64,000 nt of DNA from Thalia democratica (Eukaryota): positions 16,120,001 through 16,184,000 of the forward strand of contig OZ241828.1 of assembly GCA_965202585.1 (NCBI GenBank), written 5' to 3'. Shown here in pieces: positions 39,737-53,204 of the stretch. The translations under genes and the position numbers were made by a program. Position 1 is the stretch's first letter. Every line of letters starts with the position of its first letter. The notes beneath the pieces are model-generated. The model searched no databases. It saw nothing but the letters and a program-made list of their open reading frames with translations, and was not told the origin of the DNA.

Positions 39737-41977
39737 CAAAATCTTATACATAATCTGTACACATCATAATCTGTAAACACATTATATAAATGGAAAAACT
39801 GCATAGTGTACAAAAATATTATTAGTTTATAAATTCAATAAATTTTTCTAAAAAGTTTACTATTTCTTTTTCGAAGTGTAGTTTTTTAAGTTGTGGTCGA
39901 AGCATTTTAGTACAATCGATGTACGTTTTTTGAAATAACTAGTTTAAATCTTCTATAACGCTGGAAAAATAAATTCTATGAATTTTTTCAATTACAAGAC
40001 ATACTTTTTATAATTTTTAATTTGTAAGTATATTTATTTTATTTGCCTTGATTTCATTTAATATTGCAAAAATGCGTATCTTATTCATGCTGCTGAAATG
40101 ATGCATGATAGTAAAAAGTTTTGAAAGAAATTTTTAGCTTATAAATTTATATTAACTTTCTCTCTAAAATTAAAACCACATAAAAATATGCTTTTAACAT
40201 TTACCTAAAAAAGCATTTTAGATCAATTTTTGCTTTTTTTAATGCCCTCCACTTCCTTAAAAATATTGTCCTATAAAAAAAATCTTTTATGGCTTTTAAA
40301 ATTTTGGTTTCAAATAAACTTTTTACTTGGCTTTTTTTTCTACAAAAAATTAAGTATTTATCTACAATCAGCTTTCAAGTGTTATTTTTAGTGTTTTTTT
40401 TTATATGTGGATGTTTTATAGTTATTATTAGTGTTTTAATTTAATATTTTTAATACTAAAGTACTATTTTTTGGTTTAGAATATTACTTATGTACTTTAA
40501 GTTATTACGTACAATGTACTTAGGCTGGACTGAACTGCATCCCTGGAAAAATTATAAATCTGAATGTTAAGGAAATTAACTTTGGTAAAACCATTCAAGT
40601 TATTGTTATTTCTGACAGTTACAATTTTTTTGTATGAGTTTTATGTGAACCAATAATTAAAAAAAAAAAAGTTTTCTTCATTTCTGTTAAAATCCTAATA
40701 CTCTTTTAAAAACAAAAACTTTTTAATGCAAAAACAAATAAATAAAACACTCTCTCAAGCTTTTCTGTGAAAGTTTATACGTATTACACTACTTTTCGTC
40801 AGAACTTAACAGTAGAACAAATTTAAAACTATGAATAAGTTTTTAAACAAAAACACAAAAAGTTAAAACTAACAAAGTAATAAGCACAATAAATAATCAG
40901 TGTAAAGTAATAAATAATTAAGCCTTTTACCTTTTAAAACCTTTTAATTATGTTAAATCATTTTACTTTAGTTAGGGATTAGCTCTTATGATAATTTATA
41001 ACTAAAATTTAACTTAGAGCTCATAACTTATAATCTTAGTTAAAAATTGACAAACTTGAAATTTTTGTAAGATAAAAAAATGATAAAGACAACAAAATCA
41101 TACAAAACTTAGGTTTTTTACTAACACATTTAAAGTAAGGTTTAAATATATTTTTATAACTTTTTAAATTTTAAAAGTTTATATAACTTAACTTACTGTT
41201 AAATTTAGGCAAGAAACTTTTGTATTAAAAACGTTACAGAAGTTAAAATCCTTCAAAGAAAATTATAAAAGTTTAGTGGTATAATGTTTTTTAATGGAAA
41301 ATAATTAGACAAAATATTTATGCTAGAAGTGCTACCTAAGTAATATTTTACTTTACATTTACTTAAGCACAAAGAAGAAATTCACTAAGAGAGTAACTCT
41401 TAGATGAACAAATGTTACTAACTATATAACTGCTTATTAAAAAAAGTAATAAATGTATGATTTTATGGTATAAATATTATATTTTCAAGAGTATTCTATT
41501 ATAATAATATTGAATGATATGCTTTCAGAAGTTAAATGTAAATATACCAAGACAGCAAATAAATCTGTCATTTTTATTTAACAGCTGAAATAGTAATATA
41601 TATTTTTTTTTTTTGTTCCCAATTCAATTTAAGCAATTTTATTTAGACTACACTGTTTTTTCTTTTGCTAATACGTGATAGTTCTTTAGGCGTTTATTTC
41701 TATTTTATTGATTTGTAGTTTTACTGTTTTACTGGAGTTAGTTATATGTAAGTAAATTTAATAAGTTTCAATTGTTATTTTGTAGTTGTTACATTTTAAT
41801 AATTTAAGTAATTGTTAGCTTTTATTCTACTGATAAAAATAGCTCCAAATATGTATGAGTTATTTAAACTTTGTGTTCTGTTTTTCTTCTAAAATATTAA
41901 AAAAGTCCGTAATGTTTGAACAATTTGATAATGATTTACTTAAACATTTAATAGAAAATTGTAATAACTAACAAAAA

Positions 41978-43062
41978 ATGAGCGAATTAGGTTAAAAAAC
42001 AAAAATAATGCAAGTTAAAAATTCGAGAAAATTTGAGCTCATACCTGTTCATAAACTACGACCTCAATTCCGAGAAGATTGCTATCAACTGATAGATAAG
42101 GAATTTCCTTTCTACTTTGATATTAAGTGAGTTTGTATGAAATTCTCCGTTTGTATTACTTAGTCTATAGATTGATAATTATGTATAAAGCTTAAGCTTC
42201 TGTGTAATACTTTTAACATCTAAACTAAACTAAATTAGTTTTTTTTAGTATGATAAACTCTTACTTGAAGTTTGAAACTGATGTTTTAATATACTGTTAA
42301 GTTAGTTGGTAGTTTAAAGTTGCTCTTTTTGTGTATATATCAAACAATATTCTTATTACTCCAGGGCGGATATACTAGCACAGTCTTGTGACAAACTACC
42401 AACTTAATGACTTAAAATAAGAAAATTTGTAGATTTATAATTAAATAAGTTTACAAACAAATAAAAAATAGGATGGAGTCATTAGCAAGTTCTTGTGATG
42501 AACTACCAACTTCATTTGCATACATGGATACTTCCGTTAATCCTCATAAAATAATTGGACATGTTTTGTCGAAAAAATAAAATACTTTAATTTTGTTGAA
42601 GAAATACATTGGGAAAAATTTATTAAAATAAACACTACTGTTGAGTTTGATTTGGGTTAGTCAACTTGATGTGTTATATTTAAAGAAAGTTAAAACAATA
42701 GCTAGTCAAGACATAAAGTTAATTTGGTTCAAAATGTTTTCAATTCTAAAGTTTATCTACTGAAGTAAAAATTCATTTTATAAATTTATAGGGATTAACT
42801 GTTCATAAACCATGTTCTTTGAAATAAATAACTTATTTTTTTAATGACAGTATCAGAAGATTACAGAGGAAATAAGCTCGGTAAGAGGATGCTGTTGGCT
42901 GCTGAGGATATGGCATTCGAAAGAGGATTTAATTGTTGCGTGGTGAGTTCCTCACACGATGTGGTGGAGTTTTACAAAAAATGCGGGTACAATGTTGAGT
43001 TTGGACAACTGATAACTGACCCGATAGTGCTGATGAAAAAAGAACTCCGCAAGCAACCTTAA
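41978..43062 (+). pseudogene. NAA80-like GNAT paralog 3, apparently disabled
   Basis: The first ATG hits TAA after 5 codons; a second ATG at 42008 is usable. Exon 2 (42472-about 42656) has a 1-nt deletion (CATGTTTTGTCG vs CATGTTCTTGTCG) giving a stop. The exon 3 acceptor AG is changed to AA. The exon 3 peptide is identical to paralog 1. Confidence 0.75.
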
Positions 43063-44800
43063 AAATTGGATGATTTTGCGAATGCTATAATCTTTAAGAA
43101 AAACGTGTTAAATAGCAACACACAATTGAAGTTTAAAAAAATATGTTTGTTTTATTTTTAATTTTGTTACTATTTTATTTGAAATAAATTTCTTCTCATA
43201 GTTTTCGGTTATTATATTTCTACCTATAAAAAAACTACTTATTTTATATACACATGTGTGTGTCTAAACATACTAACCATCAGACGATATTTCCGAGTTA
43301 TCTTCGCCGAAATCATCTTCGGCCCGCGAGTAAGTTTTTTTTTAAATTTAATGCGGCCCAGGAAAATAAATTTTGCGGCCCGCAATCATGTAAATGTTGC
43401 ACGCTTAGCAAAAATATAATTGTTAAATATTTTTTGGTAACTTAGTTTAATTTGAATAATTACGTTTTAAGTCCCTGCTTAAGTATTTTAAACAATAAAA
43501 AGACTTAACTATATTTCATTAAAAATGAGAAAAAACATATTAGCATTTGAGCAGTGTTTATTTCTTAGTTTCATAATAAATTTCTTGTTAAAATAGAAAC
43601 TACTAATCTCAAAAAACTAGTTAAAAAGTGCTTGGACTCAGTAAGTTATTTAAAATAATACCCATTTAGTAAATAAACTACATGCAAATGTTTTCTATTG
43701 GGCACAAAAGTAATACACAGTAATAAAACTTAAATGTTATTGTTAACATTTTAGGCATTTTGTTTAACATGAAAATTATACCAAGTTTTTCTTATAGAAA
43801 ACAATAAAAAAGTAACGTAATAGTAAAATATAAGGTTTGTTTTGTAAGGTATATAAACTTAAAAATGGCTGAGAAAAAGTCATACACTAAGTTTTTCATT
43901 TTTTTTTTTTAAACTATAACTTAAATAAGCTTGTTTCTATTTGTAAGCTTTTTTATTCAATTGTTAAATAAATATTGAAAATAAGTTTTATAGTATATAT
44001 TGTTGTTACTATAACTTAACTATTAAAATATAGTTTAAATCAATTTTCTCAAAAACTTCATTGATTAAGTAAACACCGGTATAAACTTTAACCTCTTTTT
44101 TATCGAAAAAATAAAACAAAATTAATATAAATCTCAACATTAAATATTTTTGGTAATTACAGATGCTAAGCTATTTATTTTTCGTAAACGTTTTTTTATA
44201 AACTTTATATCTGTAGCGTCGATAGACTTTTAACTCAATTTCGTTTTTTTAATGAATTTTGTGAATGCTCAATGTTTCCAACCACCGTAGTTTTTGGGGA
44301 AAGGGTTTGGCAACACATATCTTGAGCTGTTTTGTAGAATTTTTTTCAAAATTAAAAAAACCTTTTTCCTATCCACAAAATCTTTGACGGTAGGAAGAAA
44401 CTTTCCAATAAAATTTGTAGTACATACATCGTTATTAGTTTACAAGATATTTCAATCAAAAATATTAAAACTTACATACTTTTTGAACATTAGTATTTAT
44501 TTATATATATATCTATAAGTATAATTTATCTTATAAATATATAAGCAGCTTTTTAAAATATTTTTTTTAACAATGATATAAATAGTTAAATCACAGTAAT
44601 AAAGTTTTACGTTGTTTATTATAAAATTAAATTTTTACTTAATCTTTAATTGAATATAATGATCGATTGTTTTTAAATACTAAGGTAAATTACATCGGAA
44701 AAATACTTTCTTAGAAAAAGCTTTTATTATGTCATTATGTTAAAGCTTTTGTAGTATTAGTTTTATAAGATTTTAATCAATAATTCATTACGTATTAAAA

Positions 44801-45033
44801 ATAATAATCTACAGAATCAAGATTCGGACTCGAATTTGGAAGAATCCAGCCGTTTTGGACTTGGATTTAGTTCCGGCCTAATCTTAATTTCAAAATTAGA
44901 TTTAAATTCGGATTCAGTCAAATTAAAAACTTTAAAATAAGACTAGAATTCGTATTCGGCCGAATCATAAATTCAAAATAATATACGGATTTGGATTCGG
45001 CCGAATTCGAAATTTTGGATTCGGTAGACCACT
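44801..45033. mobile_element. Short hAT-like element with GGATTCGGCCGAAT repeats (copy B)
   Basis: ATCTACAGAATC...GGATTCGGTAGACCACT; homologous to 23026-23211. Confidence 0.6.
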
Positions 45034-45718
45034 TTGAACTTTTTAAATTTTATTTTATTGCTTGTGAAAAGCTAAATATTAAACTAGTTGATGATTTCAC
45101 GCTTGAGTGGATAAAAAAGGTTTTTTACACTTATAAAAGCCTTATCAATTTTGATTTAAAGTTTTGCTCATAGTACAAAACTATGATATATTATTTTTTT
45201 TAGACTCTCAAAAAAGAACTAAGTACATAGTTAAGGCGTTTAGCCTAAACTTTTTGGATAACCCCTCTTATTTATCTACATATGTTAAGATTTTTACGTT
45301 TGCTCGTGAACCTATTTCGGTTCAAATTCTGAATAACGATGGACACGAATTATAAATTTAATAAAATAAGTGTGACTCTCTAAGTTAGTATAAATAAAAC
45401 TTGAGCTTTTTAAGAACATAAGCTTAATAACTATTTAAAGATATATTTGTTTGTATTTTTTTGTATCATGTTTTGCATAGTAGTTTAAAAAAATTTTTTT
45501 TGTATCCATAAATTTTTTTATTTAACTGAAAATGTAGTTTAAGAACAAAACTACTACGACTTATATTAACAGCTTTATCAAAGTATGATTTACACAACAG
45601 AGATATTACATTACTATTTAGAATTAAAATTTACTGCATTTAAATTTTATAATACTGTTATTATTATTATAATACTATATTATTATTCTAAAGTTATTTC
45701 TCATTTACAGTATTAATA

Positions 45719-47640
45719 ATGCCTTCAATAGTCTGGCAACATTTTACTACAAGTTTGAAAGATAACTCTATCGCAGTATGCAATATCTGCGGAGCTAAGA
45801 TAAAAAAGGAAGTAGAAAGTCTAAATCCTATACTGTCCCTTCCATGCACAAGCAATTGAAAACTCCACACAGTGAGAGTTAACCTTTAGACAAAGATAGA
45901 AGTTGTACTACAGCCGAACCTCCGAAGAAAAAAAAGCTTGAAGCTATCAGGCAAACTAGCCTTGATGATTATAATTCTATGAAACTGTGGGACATTACGG
46001 ATTCTAAAGCAATTAAAGTTCATAAAAAATGAATATGATTGCTATGAACAATCAGCGTTTTGCAATTGTGGATTATCAAGGCTTCATAGAGCTCTTAGCT
46101 GAATTAGAGCCAAGATACGTAATTCCAAGTACTAAGTACTTTAATGAATTCATGCTTACACAGGCTTATGATAGTCTGAAGCAGGAATGTTATTAAAGAG
46201 TTGTCACATGCTTCGTCTTTTTCATTCACAGGAGATATGCGGAAATATTCAAGAACAAATCATAAACTTCTTTAACCGCGCACTATTTAAGTGGAAATTT
46301 TGAGTTCAAACATCGTGTTTTGAATTGCCGGGAAATGGATGGTGAGCACACTGGCCAACACATCTGTAACTACATTCAGGATATGCTTAGTAATTGGAAT
46401 ATTTCCTTAGATCGTTTTCAAGTTTTTTTTGCGAGACAACGCAAGAAATATAAAAAAGACGAAGAATAAAACCTCGTCAGTACCCTGTTTTATCTATACG
46501 CTTGAGCTAGTATTTTAGTGTTCATTATTCAGGAATGTTTGTGTAAAATTGTTAAATAGTTGTAATGTTTTAGGTACGATTTTATTAGCAAAGGTACGAA
46601 AAATAGTTTGCCATTTCAGCCATTGTTCTATAGCGAGCGAAACACTAAAAAGATTTAGGTAGATTTTGACCACACATAAACAAAACAAAAAACCTTGCTT
46701 CTTGGTCAAGATGTAGGTACAAGGTGGAACTCAACATGCTTTATTTTAGAGAGACTGAAAAAGATCAAATCAAATGTCGGCAAATGACTAACTTTAAAAA
46801 CGATCAAGATTCGAATATTACTTCTGAAGAATGGCAACTGGTTTGTCACATCATTCTGCTGCTCGAACCTTTTTTATTTGTAAGAAAGGAGTGTAGTAAA
46901 AAATGAACTGCTCTCAAGCGTGTTCCCGCATGCAAAATCACTAATAAAGTTTGTTAACTTTTATGAAATTTTAGAAGATGTATCAAATGTTTGTAAAGTT
47001 TTTGCCAAAAACATAGGAGAGACTTGCGAAATAAGGGTCTTTACCAATAACAATAGCTTAAACCTGAATGACAACAAGTTACTGTTAGTCACAGAAGCTG
47101 TTGATCCACGATATCGACTTTCCGCTTTCCATTTTACCTCAATAATAATGGTAAAGAACAGTTAAAATTAAATACTAAAAAGCATATCTGTTTCGAGGCT
47201 AATCAAGGTGGTGATTCTCCTATATTGCCACCAGAATAACTAAAACTACAACACTCTGTAAATTTTGACCCGAAGAAGTTTTAAACTTACTATTTTTTGT
47301 TTAAAATATAGTCAAAGACAGCTACACAGGAGGACGAGAAACAGTTGCTTCAATTTTATTAATAAAGAAGTTAAAGCAGAAGTAAAGGTCATTTTTGCTA
47401 CAGAGAATTTGAAAGCAGATTCTTGAGAGGATGAAGTCTAAACTGGTGGAACTTAAACAAGACAAAATACCCACATTGCGCCAGTTTTGCAAGAAAATAT
47501 CTTGCTGCACCATCATCTTCTGTGTATTCTGAAGGATTAAAAGCTGAAGCTTGGAATTTTACGAGCAAAAGCGCAACCGATTGCTTCCAAAGAACAACGA
47601 AAAACTTTTTTTTCTCTACCACAACTTAAAAAAACAAGAA
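45719..47640 (+). pseudogene. Decayed hAT transposase, copy B
   Basis: Same BED, RDNARN, DVGTRWNST, VDPRY and SSVYSE motifs as copy A, with a partly different set of lesions. Confidence 0.9.
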
Positions 47641-49984
47641 TAGCCTTTTGTAGTATAACAGAGACATCTTTTGCTATTGTAGTCCGTTTTATAGTTTTAA
47701 TCAGTAGCTATAGATAATCTATATTTCTTTTTTGTTGTAGTAGAAGTGTAATCCTAAGTGGAATTAAAAACTTCTTATTACAATTGTAATTCCTACTATT
47801 TTATTGGCCTTTACTACAGTTGGTACTATACTTCAATTTATACGGCTCCATGTTCTTTTAAATACTTTTTCTTTTATAAAATAAGCAAATCTATAGTCAC
47901 AACAATATCTAACTCTTAAGTTAAACGTAAAATAATTTAACTTTTTTGTGATTTGATTTCTGCATTAAGCATTTATTAGACGCTATAAATTATATATTTT
48001 GCATATCAAAAGTACAACTTAGTTGTTAATGTTGCTTGCATGGACTACAAAATAAAGAAATTAAATTTGTGTATGTAGCCTAATTTAATTTCCAGCAAGA
48101 CATACGTTTTTTTGGTTGCTTTTAAAATAAATTATTCTAAAATAAAAATGTATTTATTAACAATTTAAAATATTTTTCAACATTTTTTAACGAAATTACT
48201 TATACTATGATACGTTATTATTATTTATAAATCTATTTTGTTTTTACTTAACAAGCAGATTAAATCTATAGGAATTAAGTTAGTAAAATATTCTAATATA
48301 TAATAAGTACGTAAGATCAAACCTGGCCAGGATTACAAAAACTATTTTGAAATTTGGTTCTTTCAAACAATTTTAGCAATATCTTTTATTTGTATAGTCG
48401 TTGTGTTTTTTTAATTAGAGCCGTTTTAGAATACTAGTATGTTTTGGTAAATTTTTAGCATCATAAATATTATAAAATTGAACCAATCTGACAGTTTTCT
48501 TAAAAAGCTAACTTGAAGAATCAGTTAAAATATATTTAGCTTGACATAAACTTGTTTTGATTGATCTCTACAAGTGTTTTAATATTTTCTTCAAGTACTT
48601 AAATATGCTTAAAAAAGGCATACAGTTTTTGACCTATCTGTTTAAATTACTATCGTATTGTTTTAACTAAACAAACACATATACAGTACAGTATAAAAAT
48701 AAAACAAACAAACTTTAAGTAATAAAGTATAGTATACTTAAAAAAACCAATTTAAACATATATTTATTTAAGTTTTTAATGTATAAAGAAAATAAAATGC
48801 TTATGATTCAGTTTTTGTTGTATAAGTTATAAAAACACATAATTTGATAAACTACCGTTTAGATTAACCGTTTTGATCATTATTAAAAACCGTACCATTT
48901 AAAATTATAAACTGAGTTGTCTGATCAAATATTAATAATATTCAAAACAATAAGCGCAATCTATATAAAGCCTACTTTATATAAAACAAACACAAGCAGC
49001 AAGCTAACTATTAAAAAAAAATTAAAGAAAAATTTAGCATTAACTTGTCTCAGTTGTCAAATAAATATTACTTGTTTGTATTCACATTTAAAATAAATTT
49101 ATGATGGCTTATTAGGCAAGCGCTGTACGACAAATTCAAGTATTCGGATTCGAAAGCCTTTTGAATAAGTTATTTTTAGTTTATTTTGTACTAGAACTGA
49201 TTTTTCAGTTTATTTATAGTTTTAAAAAAGTACTGTTACAAATCAGATCAAAGTTATTATAAACGTACTATATTTACCATATAAAGTTTTGGTTAAAGTT
49301 TGTTAAAAACTTATCCAAGTTAGTATTGACCAATTAAAAGAAACATTTAAATTTTCATTAAACAATATTTTATTACAAACGTTATAAACAAGTAAACGAA
49401 ATTGAAGTACTTAAGTAATATAGTAGGAAAACAGTTTATTTCAAATTAGTTAAATGGTTCTAATATTTAGTACGTATTTATTGCATAGTTTTCTATAATT
49501 CATGTAGAATAAGCAAACAACATAGTATAAACAAGTTTTATATTTTGAAATTTTGCGATTTAATATGTTTAACAAACTGATAACTAACATTGTACCACAC
49601 TTTAAATTTAAATCAAGTTTGTTATAATTAAATTATCTAAATCGTAAATGTTTACAAATACATTTGTAAAAGCCTTTCAAAAAACTGTTTTTTTTTAGCC
49701 TTTCAAAACATACTAAAGAGACAAAAATAGATCTTAAATACAAATTAATATAATTTGTTAATGATTACATAAGTAAGTTACTGCTTAAAAACTTAGTGTA
49801 AAAGTTAGTTTTTTAAAAGTAGATATTGAAAAAGTGATTACGAAACAAAGTTTTTAAAGTAATTAAAGCATATATTGACATATTATTAAATTTTGTTCTT
49901 AAAGTTCAAGTATAAAAGTTTGTTGTTGTAAGCAGAATTCGAAAAAATATTTTACGAGCTCAACAAAAAAAAAACTAACTACTG

Positions 49985-50415
49985 AAGGTTCCTAGGGAGT
50001 GGGTTCAGAGTCCTGGTCAAAGATCGCGCCCTTCGGTCGGCTCCGGACCTGATCGCCCCGAGGGGAATCAGATCGCGGGGCCTCCCAAAGGGCAGCGACC
50101 ACTAAACAAACTGCAGTCCGTCCGGGCCCGGTCCTCACCCTCTAAAAATATCGTTAAGATCTTATATTTAAACCCTATTGAGATACGTGTGTTTTAAAAC
50201 CCTCGTAAGCGTTAAACCCACGACCTAGTGATTACTAGTCTAACAGCTCTAGCCTTTAAGCCATCGTGATTGATGATATCATAGTGCTAATCAAGATCAT
50301 ATTACAACTTATTTGAACTTTTCGATTCTGCCTTTGCAAAAATACTCATGTGGGTGTAATCGAACCAAGGGACTTTCGTTTTAAAGTCCGCCAGCGTTAG
50401 CCAATGGGCTACCTT
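49985..50415 (-). mobile_element. tRNA-derived SINE-like element with two tRNA-like heads and a GC-rich body
   Basis: Minus strand: A-box-like TAGCCCATTGG (50401-50411) and B-box GGTTCGATT (50358-50366). A second degenerate tRNA-like block TGGCTTAAAGGCTAGAGC...CTAGTAA...GGTCGTGGGTTTAAC (about 50210-50263) is followed by a GC-rich structured segment (about 49990-50145). Only the last ~40 nt survive in duplicate A (28152-28188). Confidence 0.5.
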
Positions 50416-50445
50416 TGATGTTGTATAAAAGAAAATTTAGCAGTA

Positions 50446-51279
50446 CAGTAACTTCTCGCTTATTTACGCACATTGTGTCCACAAAAAAAAATGCGTCAAG
50501 ATACGAGAGATCGTAAAGATACGAGAGGTACCAAATATATTTACTATAATCGCTGGTTGTTGATAGTGCTTCTAGTTAAAAGCAAACTGGGGACTTTCCC
50601 ACTTTTAACAATTTGTTATTTATAGATATGAAAACAAAAGATAAAACTATACATATATTAAAAAAAAAGAATATAAATTCGTATAAAATAATAATACTTG
50701 TAGAAAAATTTTACTATTTTTAATTATAAGTAGGTTTTTTCTTTATCTTAATTTATATGTGACTTATTTCATACTTAACATTTATATTCTGTACTTCTAA
50801 CTAGTGATATGCTTACTAAATAAACAATTGAAATTTATGTAAAGTGTAAGCTCTATATTTATTTAGCATCACTGCTATTTTTTGCTAGGAAATTTCATTA
50901 GATTCTTTTAGATGTTTATTCGTATATAAGGCAAGAGTGCTGCATTAATTATTTGTGTTTTAAACTCTCAGTATTTCATTATATTTTCATTATTTAGCAC
51001 AGTCATATTTCTTTCAGAACATAAATTTAATCTCTTATTGTTACAAAAATTTCTGATTTACTGAAGTATAACTAAATGTTTATCAACTAGTCTAAAGATA
51101 TAGAGAGCCGAATTAGCATTTAAAAACATACTTTAAACTAAAAATATACATTAAACCTAATTTGTGCAATATTGAAAATAATTAAATTTTTATTTTTTTG
51201 AATATTTTAGAATTCTAAAATGCGTAACTAAACGAGAGTTCGTAACTTCACGAGTGCGTAAAGATGTGAGAGGTTACTG
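50446..51279. mobile_element. Non-autonomous Tc1/mariner (pogo-like) element with TA TSD
   Basis: TA|CAGTAACTTCTCGCTTATTTACGCAC ... GTGCGTAAAGATGTGAGAGGTTACTG|TA. Confidence 0.8.
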
Positions 51280-53164
51280 TATATAATCATATTTTTAACG
51301 ATCAACTAAAATAATTGTATTGTATATTAAAGAGATTGATATATTTTTTGTTAATAAAATAGTTATTTTTTAATTATAAACTTTTGAATGTATTTACTTC
51401 TATATATATAAAGTTTACCGTTACTAGTAAATAATATTTTTTTTTTAGTAAGTTCATATTCGTGCAAGTTTAAGTAACTATTATTAAGTTTTTTTTTAAT
51501 GGTTTAATTTTGAAATATATAAGTATTTTAAAGAACAATAACTTTACTTAAATCTAAATATAGATAGTTACAAAAGTCTTAAGTTAGGGGATTTTTTGAG
51601 AAATAAATTAACGAACCTCTTTACCAAAATACCACTCTACGCCACTGGTGATTAACAATATTATTTCTAAATTTTTTTCGTTGTTTTATTAATTTTTTCC
51701 AATTTATAGAAAGTACTCGTTTTTTGTTCTGTTTTTAGTTTTTAGTTAAGCTTAAAGTAGCAATTTTTCAATAGTAAAACAACATAAAAAAATTACTATT
51801 GAATTGTTTTTAATGTATTTTTTAAATAATAATAAAGTTTGATGATAACAAAAAATTTTTGTCTATGTTATAGAACTCTAAAATCTAAATTTATACTAAA
51901 CATGTAAAAGTTGTTCAAAATTTAAGGTACTTAAGTGATGTTGTTCACAATTCTGCGTATTTTGCAATTTATCTAAAATTTCAGATTATTCAAACGTACA
52001 GAGTCTAAACAAAAAAAAAAGAGAAGCTAAATAACTCCTATTTTCAAGGTTGACCCAATCGGATGTCCTTTCTGTTAAGAGCCAAACTTTTTATCCAGCA
52101 GTTTATGGGTAGACGACAGTAAAATTGCAAAATAAAAATTGAAACTTTATTGATTTTTGTGATATTTCAGCTGTTTTAGAAGTTAATTTACTTTGAGCTT
52201 CAAAAAAAAACATTATAGTTTTTGCAGAATAGTAAAAGTATAAAACAGTTTTAAATAATTCGTAATGTGTAACTACAAGTTAGATAAAGTAGTATATTAA
52301 CCCTTATAAGTCTTACTGTAGTTTATACAGCAAGTAAAGTTTAAAACAAAAAAAAGACTACTTGTTAAACATCAAACGCGCATTAGTTTAATTAACTTTT
52401 TGCATTTGGAACGGTTTTAATTTCCGACATGATAGTTTTATTCTATAAATAACAGCACTGAAACTTTAATAGTTTATTACTTCAAATAAAAATACAATGA
52501 CCTTAAAGATTTGATAGAATTAATAACAGTTTATTATAAAATTTACATATGGTAAGCTTTTCGTATCTGAAAGACATCTAAAAGTAATTTTAGCTTTTAA
52601 CAAAATTCTAACTTGTTTACTATTTAACTAAATGTCTAATAATAAGAAAACTTAGCAAAATCTAAAATATATTAGAAAAAATTATTAAAAAATTTACTTC
52701 TGAAGCCTTTCTTAATTTCTCAATATAAGTTTATGTATTTTGATAGTGTATAAAAACATGATGTAGAATTATTTTAAAAACTAGAGGCATAGTAAGTAAT
52801 AAAAGAAGTATAACTATTTTGTAGCAACTATCTACACGTTAGCTTTATTTAACCGATAGGTGGCAACAAGACATTAAGCTACAAGGAGCGAAAATTCGAG
52901 AGGTGTTAATAAAAATACATACCTAAAAAACGAGATCAATGTTTTCTATTAATTTCAGTTAAAGCTTGCAAGAAGTAAGCTAAACTTTTAACTAACATAG
53001 TTTTATATAATTTACAAGTAATTGCTCACGATTATTTAATACATTGGCGTATTAGTTTTGTATACAGTTCATTGTGATAAAATTATAGAAAATATAACTT
53101 ATTTTAGTATACAAAAAATAAATAAACGATGGTTTAAAAATCTATTAGTTTATCGCAACATTTT

Positions 53165-53204
53165 GTTCAAATTAATTTCAGACAACAGTCCTTCATCAGT
53201 GAAC
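53165..53204 (-). ncRNA. Minimal type I hammerhead ribozyme-like motif (left arm)
   Basis: GUUCA-CUGAUGA-A-GGAC-UGUU-GUCU-GAAA-UUAA-U-U-UGAAC. Stem I is 5 bp, stem II is 4 bp, and stem III is the palindrome AUUAAU. It has an extra A after the core and an AUU cleavage triplet. Confidence 0.55.

Larger units (their letters stand above)
39090..50024 (+). repeat. ~11-kb segmental duplication, copy B
   Basis: Colinear with 17200-28188. Carries an extra MITE at 39308 and lacks part of the 18.5-19.4 kb sequence. Confidence 0.9.

Noticed and set aside
49990-50145. RNase P/MRP-like P4 pairing (G[U]CCUGG with CCGGGC) and an HDV-like UCCUCAC loop on the plus strand
   Set aside because: The conserved CR-I/CR-V context and the HDV P1/P3 pairings are missing, and the Pol III boxes point to the opposite strand.
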